A program made the position numbers and the translations under genes. Positions 9,661 to 20,100 of a DNA stretch of 64,000 nucleotides are shown piece after piece (within the stretch, counting starts at the first letter, position 1; each line of letters starts with the position of its first letter). The notes under the pieces were generated by a model. That model was not told the origin of the DNA, searched no databases, and saw only the letters and a list, made by a program, of their open reading frames with translations. The DNA is from a virus, in the IMG/VR virus record IMGVR_UViG_3300025070_000024, positions 16,917-80,916 of that record, one strand, 5' to 3'.

Positions 9661-10279
9661 CTTGTCTATTCTCTAAACGCATTTCTGTTCCTAGGATACT
9701 TTGGGTGATCCGTTGAACCATGTCCATTGAAATTGGATATTCTTTATCTGCTGTAAAAACAGTAGTACCATCACAGCATGTGTAATTTTCTAACTCTTCT
9801 GGTTGCTCAAAAATGCCTTTTACCAGAATACTTTTAGGCCGAGAGTTGAGCACGTAGATTCTGTCCTTAGTATAGATGTACTGAGGAAGTTTATTGACGT
9901 ACTTATTGTGTTTACCGTACTCGGCTTGAACTGGCGTAGTTCTTTGGAAAGGTTCTTTTGCATCTGCCGTGCCTACAAATGCAAACTCGGAACCGTCATA
10001 AATGCGAACAGGCTTTGGGATAGTCTGTTTAGTACGCCAGACGTCGCACCCAATATCGACAGCAGAGCAACACTCTAAAGCGCTAGAAGCTTCCATATCC
10101 AAACAATCTAAAGATTGTACAAGCTGACTAGGAAGACTGTGATTACGGCGCTGATCTTGCCTTACAAACTGCGCACGGTAGTACCCTACCATAAACTTAA
10201 GACGTTCGCGTAAGACCGCATCATCTCCACGCTCTAGTTGTTCTGCGATATTGTAGATGATTTCGTTTAGCGTTGCCAT
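9629..10279 (-). CDS. Tail ring / structural protein
   Basis: MATLNEIIYNI start, Cys cluster, EYPIS motif; synteny. Confidence 0.6.
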   Translation of the reverse strand: MATLNEIIYNIAEQLERGDDAVLRERLKFMVGYYRAQFVRQDQRRNHSLPSQLVQSLDCLDMEASSALECCSAVDIGCDVWRTKQTIPKPVRIYDGSEFAFVGTADAKEPFQRTTPVQAEYGKHNKYVNKLPQYIYTKDRIYVLNSRPKSILVKGIFEQPEELENYTCCDGTTVFTADKEYPISMDMVQRITQSILGTEMRLENRQDDNDEVQLRE

Positions 10280-10719
10280 GGCAATTGATTTTTATCGATA
10301 GTGCGTACCACAAAGTAGCCCCCTATAGAAGTCATAAGAATGGTTTCATACATGTTTACCCAGACCTCACGGATTTCATACTCTACTGCTAAGGTGTCTA
10401 GTAGAATAAAAACAACTAAAAAAAGAACTAAGACCCCTACTATAGCAGGACGGATATTACGAGACAACCAACTTTTGCCCGCAACATCTGATTGCCAACG
10501 TTTAGTTATTTGTTTCTCGCTAACTATGCGCACAGAAGCTTTGAAGAGTTCATTAAACTCTTCTTTATCTCCAGGCGTCAGGCTTGCATCCGAATCTACT
10601 AAGTTCTTTATTACTCCTAGTATTCCGCTGTCAGGCAGTGCATCTGCTACTGACTCAAACAACTTTGGAGATTTCTTCTTAAGCCACGACCCTACTTTGG
10701 TGTCGCGCAATTTTTTCAT
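10267..10719 (-). CDS. 3TM-type holin
   Basis: RWQSD...SWLSRNIRP motif followed by hydrophobic helices and GGYF. Confidence 0.7.
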   Translation of the reverse strand: MKKLRDTKVGSWLKKKSPKLFESVADALPDSGILGVIKNLVDSDASLTPGDKEEFNELFKASVRIVSEKQITKRWQSDVAGKSWLSRNIRPAIVGVLVLFLVVFILLDTLAVEYEIREVWVNMYETILMTSIGGYFVVRTIDKNQLPWQR

Positions 10720-10874
10720 TACAGTCGTACTGTAAAGTTAAACAAAGTCAGTTGATATTGCTTTGAGCCAAAGTCTAATACTAAATCGTATACAGTGACT
10801 TTACCGAGCCTTATTTTGACAATGAACTTATCGCCGTGTTTGTGGGGATTACCCCATGTGTTTGTAACCTTCAT
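10719..10874 (-). CDS. Small hypothetical protein (51 aa)
   Basis: Read manually: MKVTNTWGNPHKHGDKFIVKIRLG...; fills the gap in the lysis cassette with overlaps at both ends. Confidence 0.55.
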   Translation of the reverse strand: MKVTNTWGNPHKHGDKFIVKIRLGKVTVYDLVLDFGSKQYQLTLFNFTVRL

Positions 10875-11355
10875 CAAAGTTTTGAATTTCAATTTCTACA
10901 TGCTCTCCCTTTTCTAAGGCTTGAGCGATGGCGGGATAAACAGCATTGTACGCCTGAGTACTGTTGTGCAACTCAAACTCTCCTCCTTGTACCAATGCGG
11001 GTCGGTAGCCTAGCAAAAGGCAACCAGCAGTGTGCTCGTCAGTATTGCCACAATGAACAAGAATGTCAGTAAAGCCTGGGACGTTTTGCAAGTGAAGCAT
11101 ACCCTTGTGGATTTTAAGAAAGCGTGTGCGGTACCGATCATGGAACCCCCCAGTCTGCTTTAAACACACATCATATATGCCTTGAGGTATTCGTGTTTCT
11201 CCATACACTTTAGTCTCTCGATACTCATCCTCGAGAGTAAAGCAGAGAAACTTAAAAACCCTCTTCCCTATCTCGTATGTACTTAAAGTATTCATATACA
11301 AGACACCTAAAGTGCTGTCTCTGTTCGAAGAGATTCGTTGAAGTAAAAGCTTCAT
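10849..11355 (-). CDS. DUF5675-like protein, putative endolysin
   Basis: TLG.L...CFTLED, ETRIPQG.Y, ILVHCGNTDEHTAGCLLLG motifs; next to holin. Confidence 0.7.
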   Translation of the reverse strand: MKLLLQRISSNRDSTLGVLYMNTLSTYEIGKRVFKFLCFTLEDEYRETKVYGETRIPQGIYDVCLKQTGGFHDRYRTRFLKIHKGMLHLQNVPGFTDILVHCGNTDEHTAGCLLLGYRPALVQGGEFELHNSTQAYNAVYPAIAQALEKGEHVEIEIQNFDEGYKHMG

Positions 11356-11368
11356 GACGGGGTTATGC

Positions 11369-11376
11369 TAAAGATA
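11369..11376 (-). promoter_or_regulatory. Bacteroidota-like -7 element (TATCTTTA) upstream of lysis genes
   Basis: Variant of TAnnTTTG in a short intergenic gap. Confidence 0.4.
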
Positions 11377-11386
11377 ACAGGGAATA

Positions 11387-11653
11387 TTACTCTAAAATAT
11401 CAGTAGGAAGGAAGTCTTCTGCAGGCCAACCAACCTTATTCAGCTCCAGCTTAACTTGATCATAGTCGTATGGACCTAGATATCGGTTTGTTGTTGCGGG
11501 AGTGTAGTTACGGTCATCAGTTTTAATGATGAAGTAAAGCCCGTCACTACGATATGAAAGATTGTCTGATGCCTCCAACACTTTGCTGAAATCAATATCG
11601 TTGAGGTCTAAGGCATCAATAAAGAAATACCTTCTTGTTGCTGGTATAATCAT
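11387..11653 (-). CDS. Hypothetical protein, fibre-associated
   Basis: 88 aa, coupled to the lectin-domain gene. Confidence 0.55.
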   Translation of the reverse strand: MIIPATRRYFFIDALDLNDIDFSKVLEASDNLSYRSDGLYFIIKTDDRNYTPATTNRYLGPYDYDQVKLELNKVGWPAEDFLPTDILE

Positions 11654-12651
11654 ATTGCTCCGTACCTATCTACATATGCATCAAAGTTCTGCTCTATCTC
11701 TGTGGCAGACAACACCCTGTTATACATCATTAGCTCATAGGTATTTGTAGACAAAGAATTAGAACTGACCCTTGGATTTCCATTGTATTGAGTGTTCAAT
11801 GGCGACACACCATGATGCCAATATTGACTGCCGTCTTTAATCTGGCTAGTAGTGTCATAAGTCAGGTTTGCACTAGACCCGCTAAGATTACTCATTGACC
11901 CCTGTGATGCGCTGGCAGTAAATGTTTGACCATTAATATAACAGATAAGGTTATTGCTTGAGCTAGAGGTTAAGTCAACGGTCATAGCAACATGGATCTT
12001 AGTGTTGGGCTTTAGTTCGTACTGACTTCGACTACTATTGTAATGGAAGTAAGTTGACATATTACTAGGAGGCTTTAGTCTAACAAGAGAGCCATAGTAA
12101 TTACTATGGTCAAACCCGTAAAGACCATATCTTAGGAGTGTACCTCTGGTAGAGGAAGAATAAGTTTGCCTTCTGCGCCTACTTGCCAATCCACAATATG
12201 CGTCGCTTACTACATACCCCGTGCTTCCATTTTCAGGAAAAGACAAGACAGCCATAAAGGTATATTGGTCCTGATCGTGGGTTTCACTACCACCAGAGGC
12301 CGAACCCGTTCCATAAAAGTAGTCACCTGAAGAAACGCTTATTTCGCCATAGTCATCAACCCCATCAAACTGTATGTAGTTGTCCCCTGCGTTAGGCTCA
12401 GTCGGACCATTGTTAAGGGCCATACTATATCCGTTAGAGCTTATGTCCGTCCATGTACTTGGGTTTGTGGATGAGTTATAACTGTTCTCATCTCCTGCAT
12501 TAAAATGCATCTCCAAGCCACTACTTACATAGTCGGTCAAAGATACAGATGTCGCCTCAGATCCGTTAAACTTCGCAATGCTTGCCTTAGCCGTGCTGTT
12601 AATCTCAGCAATAGAGCTTAGGGCTAAAGAATTTATTTTCTCAATAGCCAT
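11650..12651 (-). CDS. LamG/concanavalin-A-like domain fibre or receptor-binding protein
   Basis: GLEMHFNAG, FDGVDDY, YING, YNRVLSATEIEQN motifs. Confidence 0.75.
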   Translation of the reverse strand: MAIEKINSLALSSIAEINSTAKASIAKFNGSEATSVSLTDYVSSGLEMHFNAGDENSYNSSTNPSTWTDISSNGYSMALNNGPTEPNAGDNYIQFDGVDDYGEISVSSGDYFYGTGSASGGSETHDQDQYTFMAVLSFPENGSTGYVVSDAYCGLASRRRRQTYSSSTRGTLLRYGLYGFDHSNYYGSLVRLKPPSNMSTYFHYNSSRSQYELKPNTKIHVAMTVDLTSSSSNNLICYINGQTFTASASQGSMSNLSGSSANLTYDTTSQIKDGSQYWHHGVSPLNTQYNGNPRVSSNSLSTNTYELMMYNRVLSATEIEQNFDAYVDRYGAI

Positions 12652-13796
12652 TATGAAAGCTCTACGTAATCATCAGAAGGATTGAAGTAAATAAGCCCCG
12701 TGCTCAGAGCGTAACCCACTATACGAACTATGTCACCTGTAGTGTAAGAGCTGATGTCATTTGTAATCCCTGCGGCTGTAAGGCTTACATAAAGCGTGTC
12801 TCCTGGAGTGAAGCTATTGCTGAACGAAATGACACCTTTGATAAACATGCCATCGGTTGTAGCACTTGAGCCTAAAGCAATGCCTAACATACCCGCAGTT
12901 GTTGACTCTGCATCAGCATCTGCATTAGCCCATCTTGAGGAAGCAGGAGAACCTGCTGCACCCATATATCTTAACTGCCCAGCAGACATGCTGCTAGCGT
13001 TGCCCCACTTCAGCACCTCTCCTTCGTATGAGTCATTGGAGTACGCAGTATCCCTAGTTTCAACTTTTAGGTAGACGCCGTCTAATATGTACGGATCCCC
13101 TGGTATCGTAGGTGTGTTAGAAATATCTCCGTAATCGATACCGCTGGTATCACCGCTAAATGTTACAGTGTTTGCAGCACCAGAGAATGTAACATCTCCA
13201 GATACATCCAAAGAGCTGGTGTTCAAGTCTACTGCAGGAGCTTGTACGATGTTACTCATCTGCATATCTAGAACCTCAACTGGAGTGCCTGCATTTTCTA
13301 GATACACTTCCAACCTTCCATACGCAGAGTTCTTACCAGACGTATTGTTTAGGTCGTCCTCGGTAATTTTTAAGTAGCTACCATACAACCCAATAGATGC
13401 GCTGTGCAGATTTAATTCAAGTGTACCTGCATCGTCTCTGTCAGCTCCACCAGTGCCTTCTTTATGTCGAATCTTAGTGGTTCCAGAGTTATCTGAGTTT
13501 TCATCTTTTACTAGAAAGTCATCTATGACTTTTTTGTCGAAGATTGCATTAAGATCAGTTACAGTAGCAGCACGACTACTGTTCAGTACAGTACCGCTTT
13601 CGTCTTCTATTCCTCTATAGTCTAGTCCACTAAACACTACCGTAGAGGTAGTAGTATCTGTAATATCAATTCCTACAGAAATTATGCTGTTGTTACTAGC
13701 AGATAGTACACCTCCTCCATCATAAACTAGCCCTGTCCCTACGTCCGCTTTTAGAATAACCAGACCACCCTTGCTGTATATCTGAATAGTTTTCAT
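12651..13796 (-). CDS. Fibre/structural protein
   Basis: C-terminal W..ADAD...GMLGIAL...FTPGDTLYVS...VRIVGYA...YFNP domain. Confidence 0.6.
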   Translation of the reverse strand: MKTIQIYSKGGLVILKADVGTGLVYDGGGVLSASNNSIISVGIDITDTTTSTVVFSGLDYRGIEDESGTVLNSSRAATVTDLNAIFDKKVIDDFLVKDENSDNSGTTKIRHKEGTGGADRDDAGTLELNLHSASIGLYGSYLKITEDDLNNTSGKNSAYGRLEVYLENAGTPVEVLDMQMSNIVQAPAVDLNTSSLDVSGDVTFSGAANTVTFSGDTSGIDYGDISNTPTIPGDPYILDGVYLKVETRDTAYSNDSYEGEVLKWGNASSMSAGQLRYMGAAGSPASSRWANADADAESTTAGMLGIALGSSATTDGMFIKGVISFSNSFTPGDTLYVSLTAAGITNDISSYTTGDIVRIVGYALSTGLIYFNPSDDYVELS

Positions 13797-15358
13797 CCTT
13801 GCTCACACTTTGCTGTTACGGACAGATTTAACAAATAGAATACTGCACTAGGTGCATCAGGAACATAGTAGTCATACTCTATTTCAATTCTAGTTGTAGC
13901 ACTTATTACGTTATTAGCAACTCCTACATCAGTATCCCCAAATTCGTTTTGGTTTGCAAAATCTACTAGTGTAAGCGGTTCTTGGTTAGGTCTCGCATCG
14001 AAGGCTTCAGTAAAACCACCAGAAATTGCAGTGGTGGGACAATTTACCACCCAATTAAAATATTTTGTCTGCAGTACAGTTCCTGAACTGTTTTTCAGCC
14101 TCACCCTCGCAATAAATCCTAAGTTGTGATTTCCTTGGAGAATTCGTGTAAAGCCAATTACAGTAAACGCAGATAGTTTAATTTTTACTAGCCCATCTTG
14201 GAAGGTAGGGTCGCTTGCCCCTCCTGCATATTCAAATCCAAAGAAGCTTCTGTTAGAGCTTGTGGCACCTATGGATTCAAATACATCCCATGCTCCTACA
14301 CCAGGGGTACCATTTGCTGCTGTAAAGAAAAATTCGGTTTGATAGTCTGTACTGCCACTTTGAAGATCTGTAGCATCAGGCCCGCCTGCTGTAGCCCAGT
14401 CATCATTCTGGTAAGCAGTCTGAATCATTTCCACTGCATTAGTGGGGTCTGTAAGACCAGATGAACTTATCACGTATGAGGATGTAGATAGGGATAGATT
14501 TCCTGTGGGGTCGCCTAGGTTTGAGCCAAATCCCCCTAGGAAAATAATGAGGTCAGCAGAACCAACAATGCCGTCGCCGTCAAAGTCACCAATTACTCCG
14601 TTGTCTGGGTTTGTGTATGTAGTCTCTGTTCCTAGCCCAGCCTCAACAACAGCCTGTATCATTTGCTGCAAAATACTCCCAAGGAAATCATCAAAGCTCA
14701 TCGCCTTGTTCCTCTTGTCACCTGTATCGTATATAGGAAGTCTATAGTCTTCTGCGTCGTCTTGAAGGTCTTGTCCTGGAACTGTAGGATATGCATTGGC
14801 AGCTAATCCTATTTCAACCCAGTTATCTTCGCTTTCCCAATCGTCAAGTTCTATTGCGCTGTTTATATCTTCATCAGTAACAGAAACGTTTTCACTGCCT
14901 CCTCCAAGGACGGCACTCGCTCCTCCACTACTATGATCTAGACCAAACGGTTTTGTCTTGTAGACAAAGATTCTGGTTGAAGTGTCAAACCCATAAAATT
15001 GCTCGCTGCCTGTTATTACAGTACCTGTTAACCCAACTACTTCAGTAAAATCTGTTGCTGCATAAGTACCGTCTGCGTTAAAGTCGTATTCTGGAGAGGA
15101 GGTGCTGGTTGTTGGTTCATCGTCCACATCAAGAGTGCTATCAAAAGCACTAACCTCATTGTAAATCTTATCCCCATACAGAACGACTGCTACGTACCCA
15201 TAGCATCTTTTGTTTTCGGGTACAGCATCTCTGTCGGAAAAATTCCGGAAAATACCAAACCCTTTTATACCACCCCCAGAAGTAGCGTCCTTTGACGCAT
15301 CAATAACTGGATAGTCAGAGTTTACATTCTCAATTACATCAGCTAGCTTTATCGGCAT
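13793..15358 (-). CDS. Acidic structural protein with dockerin/EF-hand-like motifs
   Basis: GDFDGDGIVGSADLIIFLGGFG and DFNADG motifs; N-terminus similar to 18007..20097. Confidence 0.6.
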   Translation of the reverse strand: MPIKLADVIENVNSDYPVIDASKDATSGGGIKGFGIFRNFSDRDAVPENKRCYGYVAVVLYGDKIYNEVSAFDSTLDVDDEPTTSTSSPEYDFNADGTYAATDFTEVVGLTGTVITGSEQFYGFDTSTRIFVYKTKPFGLDHSSGGASAVLGGGSENVSVTDEDINSAIELDDWESEDNWVEIGLAANAYPTVPGQDLQDDAEDYRLPIYDTGDKRNKAMSFDDFLGSILQQMIQAVVEAGLGTETTYTNPDNGVIGDFDGDGIVGSADLIIFLGGFGSNLGDPTGNLSLSTSSYVISSSGLTDPTNAVEMIQTAYQNDDWATAGGPDATDLQSGSTDYQTEFFFTAANGTPGVGAWDVFESIGATSSNRSFFGFEYAGGASDPTFQDGLVKIKLSAFTVIGFTRILQGNHNLGFIARVRLKNSSGTVLQTKYFNWVVNCPTTAISGGFTEAFDARPNQEPLTLVDFANQNEFGDTDVGVANNVISATTRIEIEYDYYVPDAPSAVFYLLNLSVTAKCEQG

Positions 15359-15722
15359 CTTCTTTCACGATTAAGTAGTCCATAGCTGCAAGCAGAACAT
15401 TAGGCTCAATCGTCAAAGTGCCATCATCTATAAGAGTGACCTTCTTTAAACGGATTTTCTGTTCCGTATTTAAAAGATCCTCTACTTGATCACGAAATGC
15501 CGAAGCATCTTCTTCACTTACTTCTGGCTCTCCCTTCGCATCTGTAGATGCTTTGGTTTTTAGAACTGCGATATGAGTCTCTCGTTGCTCTTCAAATAAC
15601 TCTACTACAGGCTTAAGTTTTGAGATATTCTGAGCGAGCATCCAACTTGTTTTAAGTGGCAGCGTGTTAGTGCTGATTTGCTGGAAGGCACGGAAAACGT
15701 TGATACATTCTTTGAGTAACAT
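15339..15722 (-). CDS. Putative fibre chaperone / helical hypothetical protein
   Basis: 127 aa helical, LPLKTSWMLAQN motif, adjacent to fibre gene. Confidence 0.5.
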   Translation of the reverse strand: MLLKECINVFRAFQQISTNTLPLKTSWMLAQNISKLKPVVELFEEQRETHIAVLKTKASTDAKGEPEVSEEDASAFRDQVEDLLNTEQKIRLKKVTLIDDGTLTIEPNVLLAAMDYLIVKEDADKAS

Positions 15723-15752
15723 GAATACTATTCTTTGGTATGCTAATATACA

Positions 15753-17996
15753 TCAACCAATGATAACGATGTCAAATGCGTCGCCCGCAGTAGCGGCTGC
15801 AATGTATATCTTCGCCTTTTGAAGATCGTTGGCAATGAACTTGACATATACAATTTCATCACTATCGTTGGTGACTTGTACCAAGATTCTTTTCGTATTC
15901 AGATTGTGCGTTATTTCCGCATAGCCAGCAGTCACATTTGCTTCAGTCCACGCATATGCGTCAGACACAAACTTCTCTGCAATCTTGTTTTCTACAGAAG
16001 CTGCGTGGCTCCAGTTGTTGACTGCCCACACACTAGCACTGTGATCAAAGACAACTTTTGGATACTTATTAGCATCATCGGTAACGTAGCCTTTCTTAAA
16101 TGCTTCAATACCTATGTCAGTAGCCAGCTCTGCAGCATCATCATAGTCAGCATCAAGAGCGTCATCAGCATTACCAAGTGTAATGATGGCGTCTTTCATG
16201 TAGATATTCTCCTGCTGCAGATTGATTATAGTGCCACCACCAAGCACAGTAAAGTCTCCTTTTACAAGCAAGTCACCAGTAGTCAGCTTACCTCTATCAG
16301 CGGTACTTGAGGGAGTGAAGGTGAGATCATTTGTATCAATCTGCACACCGGTTACGGTCTCGCCATTGCCGGCTGTGGTTAGAACCACTTTGTGTGCGTT
16401 AGCATCGGTGCCTTCGGCAACCCCAACGTTAGTAAAAGTCTCTGACGTTAGGTATGTTCCGCTAATATCAGGTATATCATCTGCTGTTAGATCTGCACCT
16501 GCAGTAACCAAACCGTTAGCATCATACGTTATCTTGGTCTTTGTAGCACCTGTGATAGAAGCATTGGCTGTGAGTTTGGCATTGATTTGTGTCTGTATGG
16601 CTGAGGTAACTCCAGCTACATACCCGAGCTCTGCGGATGTAACAGCAGAAACACCAACTTTACCCGATGCATCAGATACCAGCGCTTTGCTTGCAGTAAG
16701 GTTATCACTGACTATCGTTGTAGCACCACCCGTAATGGTAGCTTGCTTGGCGTTGATTTGAGCCTGTATTCCACTCGTCACCCCATCAAGGTACCCAAGC
16801 TCTGTAGCAGTTACATCGGATACTGCAACTTTTCCCGATGCATCAGAAACCAGTGCTAAGCTAGCCCCAAGATTGTCACTAACGATAGTAGTAGCACCAC
16901 CAGTTATTGTGGCTTGCTTAGCATTAATCTGTGCTTGAATGCCGCTAGTTACTCCGTCTAAATGTCCAAGTTCTGTAGCAGTAACGTCTGAAACAGCTAC
17001 TTTTCCAGAGCCGTCAGAAACCAATGCAAGTGATGCTCCCAGGTTGTCGCTAACAATGGTTGTTGCGCCTCCCGTGATAGTTGCTTGCTTACTATTAATC
17101 TGCGCTTGGATACCACTAGTCACCCCATCCAAATATCCTAACTCTGTAGCTGTGACATCAGACACGGCCACCTTTCCAGAAGCATCGGAGACAAGTGCTA
17201 GGCTAGTACCAAGGTTATCAGATACAATGGTAGTTGCACCCCCAGTTATTGTACTTTGAAAACCGGTTAACAGGGGTGGAGTATACGTAAACTCACCAGC
17301 TTCATCATACGTAAGAGTACCAGTTCCAGATGCTGCATTTTGAGTAACATCAAAGTCTGTAAGCTCGATTCCCCCTCCTACACCAAAGTCACCAATATAT
17401 TTATAGCCTTGGATGTAGACTTTGTCGGTACCAGCAATAGACCCAGTCAGCGACGTTGAAGCTCCAAGCGTACCGGATTCGTTTTCGTTAACCCAGTATA
17501 GAATACCTGCCTGGTAATCAAAGTACCACTCTGCGGTATCATTACCCGGCTCAACTTGGAATACCTGTGCTCCCGTACTAGTTCCATTTGTACCTCCAAC
17601 AGTTGTTGCAACAGCGTCGGTGCCATTCCAACCGGCGGGTCCAACATATACTTTGACCAAGTAGTTAGCACCAAACTCCGGTGGAATCCAGTCTGTTTGT
17701 CCTGTTGTCCAGGACCGCTTAAATCCACTAATATTCGTGTTCTGTGCGGCAGACACAGCTGTACATTGTACAGTATCTGCACCAGTGTACAGCTCGACTT
17801 GAGACGTATCCGCACCTGGGGGAGACGTAGGAATACTACCTGCTTCTCTCCACAGCTTATCCGCACGCAACAGCAATGGACTCGCTGTAGCTTCACCAAA
17901 CGGATCTGTATTTTCAGACGTTTCAGTCTTAGCCTTACCAAAAGCTATCTTCTTGATAAGAAGATCTAGTTTCTCTTCAGTAGAAAATGATGACAT
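15753..17996 (-). CDS. Tail fibre protein with tandem repeats
   Basis: 747 aa Gly/Ala/Thr rich; TKITYDANGLVTAG fibre motif; C-terminal ITHNL domain. Confidence 0.75.
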   Translation of the reverse strand: MSSFSTEEKLDLLIKKIAFGKAKTETSENTDPFGEATASPLLLRADKLWREAGSIPTSPPGADTSQVELYTGADTVQCTAVSAAQNTNISGFKRSWTTGQTDWIPPEFGANYLVKVYVGPAGWNGTDAVATTVGGTNGTSTGAQVFQVEPGNDTAEWYFDYQAGILYWVNENESGTLGASTSLTGSIAGTDKVYIQGYKYIGDFGVGGGIELTDFDVTQNAASGTGTLTYDEAGEFTYTPPLLTGFQSTITGGATTIVSDNLGTSLALVSDASGKVAVSDVTATELGYLDGVTSGIQAQINSKQATITGGATTIVSDNLGASLALVSDGSGKVAVSDVTATELGHLDGVTSGIQAQINAKQATITGGATTIVSDNLGASLALVSDASGKVAVSDVTATELGYLDGVTSGIQAQINAKQATITGGATTIVSDNLTASKALVSDASGKVGVSAVTSAELGYVAGVTSAIQTQINAKLTANASITGATKTKITYDANGLVTAGADLTADDIPDISGTYLTSETFTNVGVAEGTDANAHKVVLTTAGNGETVTGVQIDTNDLTFTPSSTADRGKLTTGDLLVKGDFTVLGGGTIINLQQENIYMKDAIITLGNADDALDADYDDAAELATDIGIEAFKKGYVTDDANKYPKVVFDHSASVWAVNNWSHAASVENKIAEKFVSDAYAWTEANVTAGYAEITHNLNTKRILVQVTNDSDEIVYVKFIANDLQKAKIYIAAATAGDAFDIVIIG
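16576..17259 (-). repeat. Four tandem 171-nt (57-aa) repeats in fibre gene
   Basis: Q[SA]TITGGATTIVSDNL...ELGYLDGVTSGIQAQIN[SA]K repeated four times. Confidence 0.9.
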
Positions 17997-18006
17997 TATT
18001 CAAGTA

Positions 18007-20097
18007 TTAGACAGACCGAAGTCCAAGTTTAGAAACCTTATCTCCGGAATCTAGTTTGATTCTTACATAGATGTGCGAAGCGTACCCCCACCGGCTTGCA
18101 CCTGCGTCAAGAGTAACTTCTCTATCAGTCTCGTTACCATCTAGCACATTAGCTGCGCCATCAGCAACACCCGCTGAAGGTACCCCTTCATCAGTAACTG
18201 CGCTTGATTTAGTGACATGGCAGCTCAACCATCCATTTGTTGCAGAAGCAGCAGTCTCAAGACTATAGTCAGTAGGAGCAGTGCTGGAATCAAATGTCTT
18301 TACTAAAATAGTATCAAATGTACCATTGACAAACAGCTTAATCTTCTGCGCAACATTGTTCGTATCAAGCGCAATCTTAAACGTAGCAAATTGAGAGCCA
18401 CTTCTACCGCTTGTAGTATCCGGATTGTTTGTATCCGCAGGCAAGTAAGCGGTGTTACTGTAGTCTGTACCGCTCACGTGCTGAACCCCGTCTGGCAACA
18501 CCATAGCATCTTTTACATCCAAGTTTAAAGATCCGCTTTGATTGTTGCCAAACTGCCGGCTCCAATCTCCAAGCGCCCCACTAGGATCATTAGTATAGGT
18601 ACTTCCACTAGGTTCTGCTACCCGAATGCCATCTGTAGATCCTACTCCGTTGGAGATGCTATCTTCCATAACCAAACTATCGCTTTCGCTCTGAGTGCGG
18701 TCGCTGAACTGCATTAAGTAAAAAGCAGTGCTGGTATTAAAGTCTTGGTTCGCTAAGTTACCATGCACCGACTTGAAGTCATATCGCGGCCCGTTGCTAC
18801 TGTCAGACAAGTCAGAAATAGCATTCAGGCTTTGAAGCGGTACATCTTTACCAAAGGTGTAATCTGCAAGTCCTGGCGCGACAGACGTGTTGCTTGTTAC
18901 ATCAGGGTGATCTGTGTAGGCAAGGGAGGTGCCTGCAGCAAAGCATCCATGACTATTACCTACCGCCCAGTTAAAGTCTGTAGCGTTATTAGTGGTTGCT
19001 CCGTAAATCTTGGCGTCTGACGGTACTATGTCTACAACCGTGCAGGTAATATTCATAGTAAAGTCATTATTACCGCAGTATTTAATACCACTGCTGTAGT
19101 AATACGCTGCTCCAGAACCGGGAGTAAGGGTGCTTGACATCACCTTACCCTCATTTGACTCGCTGCTAATAGCAATGCTATTTACAGAGTTAGACTCTTG
19201 ATACCACAGCTTGTCGATGTTTGTAGTACCGTCTTCGGTAATTCGAAGTCTGTGGTAACCTACACTAAAGCTGGTTCCTGTATAGCTCCAAGCCAAACTT
19301 GTAACACCGGTGTAGAAATCCTCACCACTACCCGACGTAGGAAACCCTTCAGTCACCTTAGTCAGCGTCAAGTCTGACGTGGTAACAGTATCATCTGAAT
19401 CGTCTGCAGCAAGGGTAGCAGTCACATCATCTAAACTATCTTTAGTCAGCTTAGCTTGGTACTGAACGTTCTTAAGATCTGCAGTAGGTGAAGTAAGCAC
19501 AGTTTGGCTTAAAGCAGTATTACCGTTCCTCCAGTTTACTATGTCTCCTGCGCTAAGACTACCAAGCCCATTTACGGTGTGCGCAGTGTTTGTTACTCTG
19601 TTCTGGTTCGTGCTGGGAGTACTAACCACCCACTCGCTATTAGCTCCTGCTACTTGAGTAGCAAAGGTCTGTGGCGCTGTTGGAACTAAAGCACCCAACG
19701 TTTCATTCAGCTGATCAATAGCATCTACAATTAACGTATTTGCAGTAAACGATGCGATTGCAGGACTATTGTCTATTAAGGTACCGGAAGAAGGACTACC
19801 TAAAGTAGTGCTTCCCGCAGGAATCCAGTTTGTGCCTGCAGGATGGCCCCACTCATTACCAGAGTCGTTATTGCCGGTAATGATGCTATTACCTGTCCCT
19901 TTAAAGATGTAGACCTTGCCAGTATCTTTTGCAACAACGATAGACCCCGTACGTCGGGCATTTACCGGGATTGCAATGAGATGATCATTTGCAAAGTCGT
20001 CTACAATATGCACTCCTGCAACATTATCCCCGACCACATCCACAATCGGGTATGCGGTGTTTTGATTTTCAATTGTATCACCAAATTTAATTGCCAT
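18007..20097 (-). CDS. Structural/fibre protein
   Basis: 696 aa Ser/Thr rich; N-terminal module shared with 13793..15358. Confidence 0.6.
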   Translation of the reverse strand: MAIKFGDTIENQNTAYPIVDVVGDNVAGVHIVDDFANDHLIAIPVNARRTGSIVVAKDTGKVYIFKGTGNSIITGNNDSGNEWGHPAGTNWIPAGSTTLGSPSSGTLIDNSPAIASFTANTLIVDAIDQLNETLGALVPTAPQTFATQVAGANSEWVVSTPSTNQNRVTNTAHTVNGLGSLSAGDIVNWRNGNTALSQTVLTSPTADLKNVQYQAKLTKDSLDDVTATLAADDSDDTVTTSDLTLTKVTEGFPTSGSGEDFYTGVTSLAWSYTGTSFSVGYHRLRITEDGTTNIDKLWYQESNSVNSIAISSESNEGKVMSSTLTPGSGAAYYYSSGIKYCGNNDFTMNITCTVVDIVPSDAKIYGATTNNATDFNWAVGNSHGCFAAGTSLAYTDHPDVTSNTSVAPGLADYTFGKDVPLQSLNAISDLSDSSNGPRYDFKSVHGNLANQDFNTSTAFYLMQFSDRTQSESDSLVMEDSISNGVGSTDGIRVAEPSGSTYTNDPSGALGDWSRQFGNNQSGSLNLDVKDAMVLPDGVQHVSGTDYSNTAYLPADTNNPDTTSGRSGSQFATFKIALDTNNVAQKIKLFVNGTFDTILVKTFDSSTAPTDYSLETAASATNGWLSCHVTKSSAVTDEGVPSAGVADGAANVLDGNETDREVTLDAGASRWGYASHIYVRIKLDSGDKVSKLGLRSV

Positions 20098-20100
20098 AGC

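Noticed and set aside
16576-17259. Tandem repeats as a CRISPR or other DNA-level array
   Set aside because: In-frame coding repeats conserved at protein rather than DNA level
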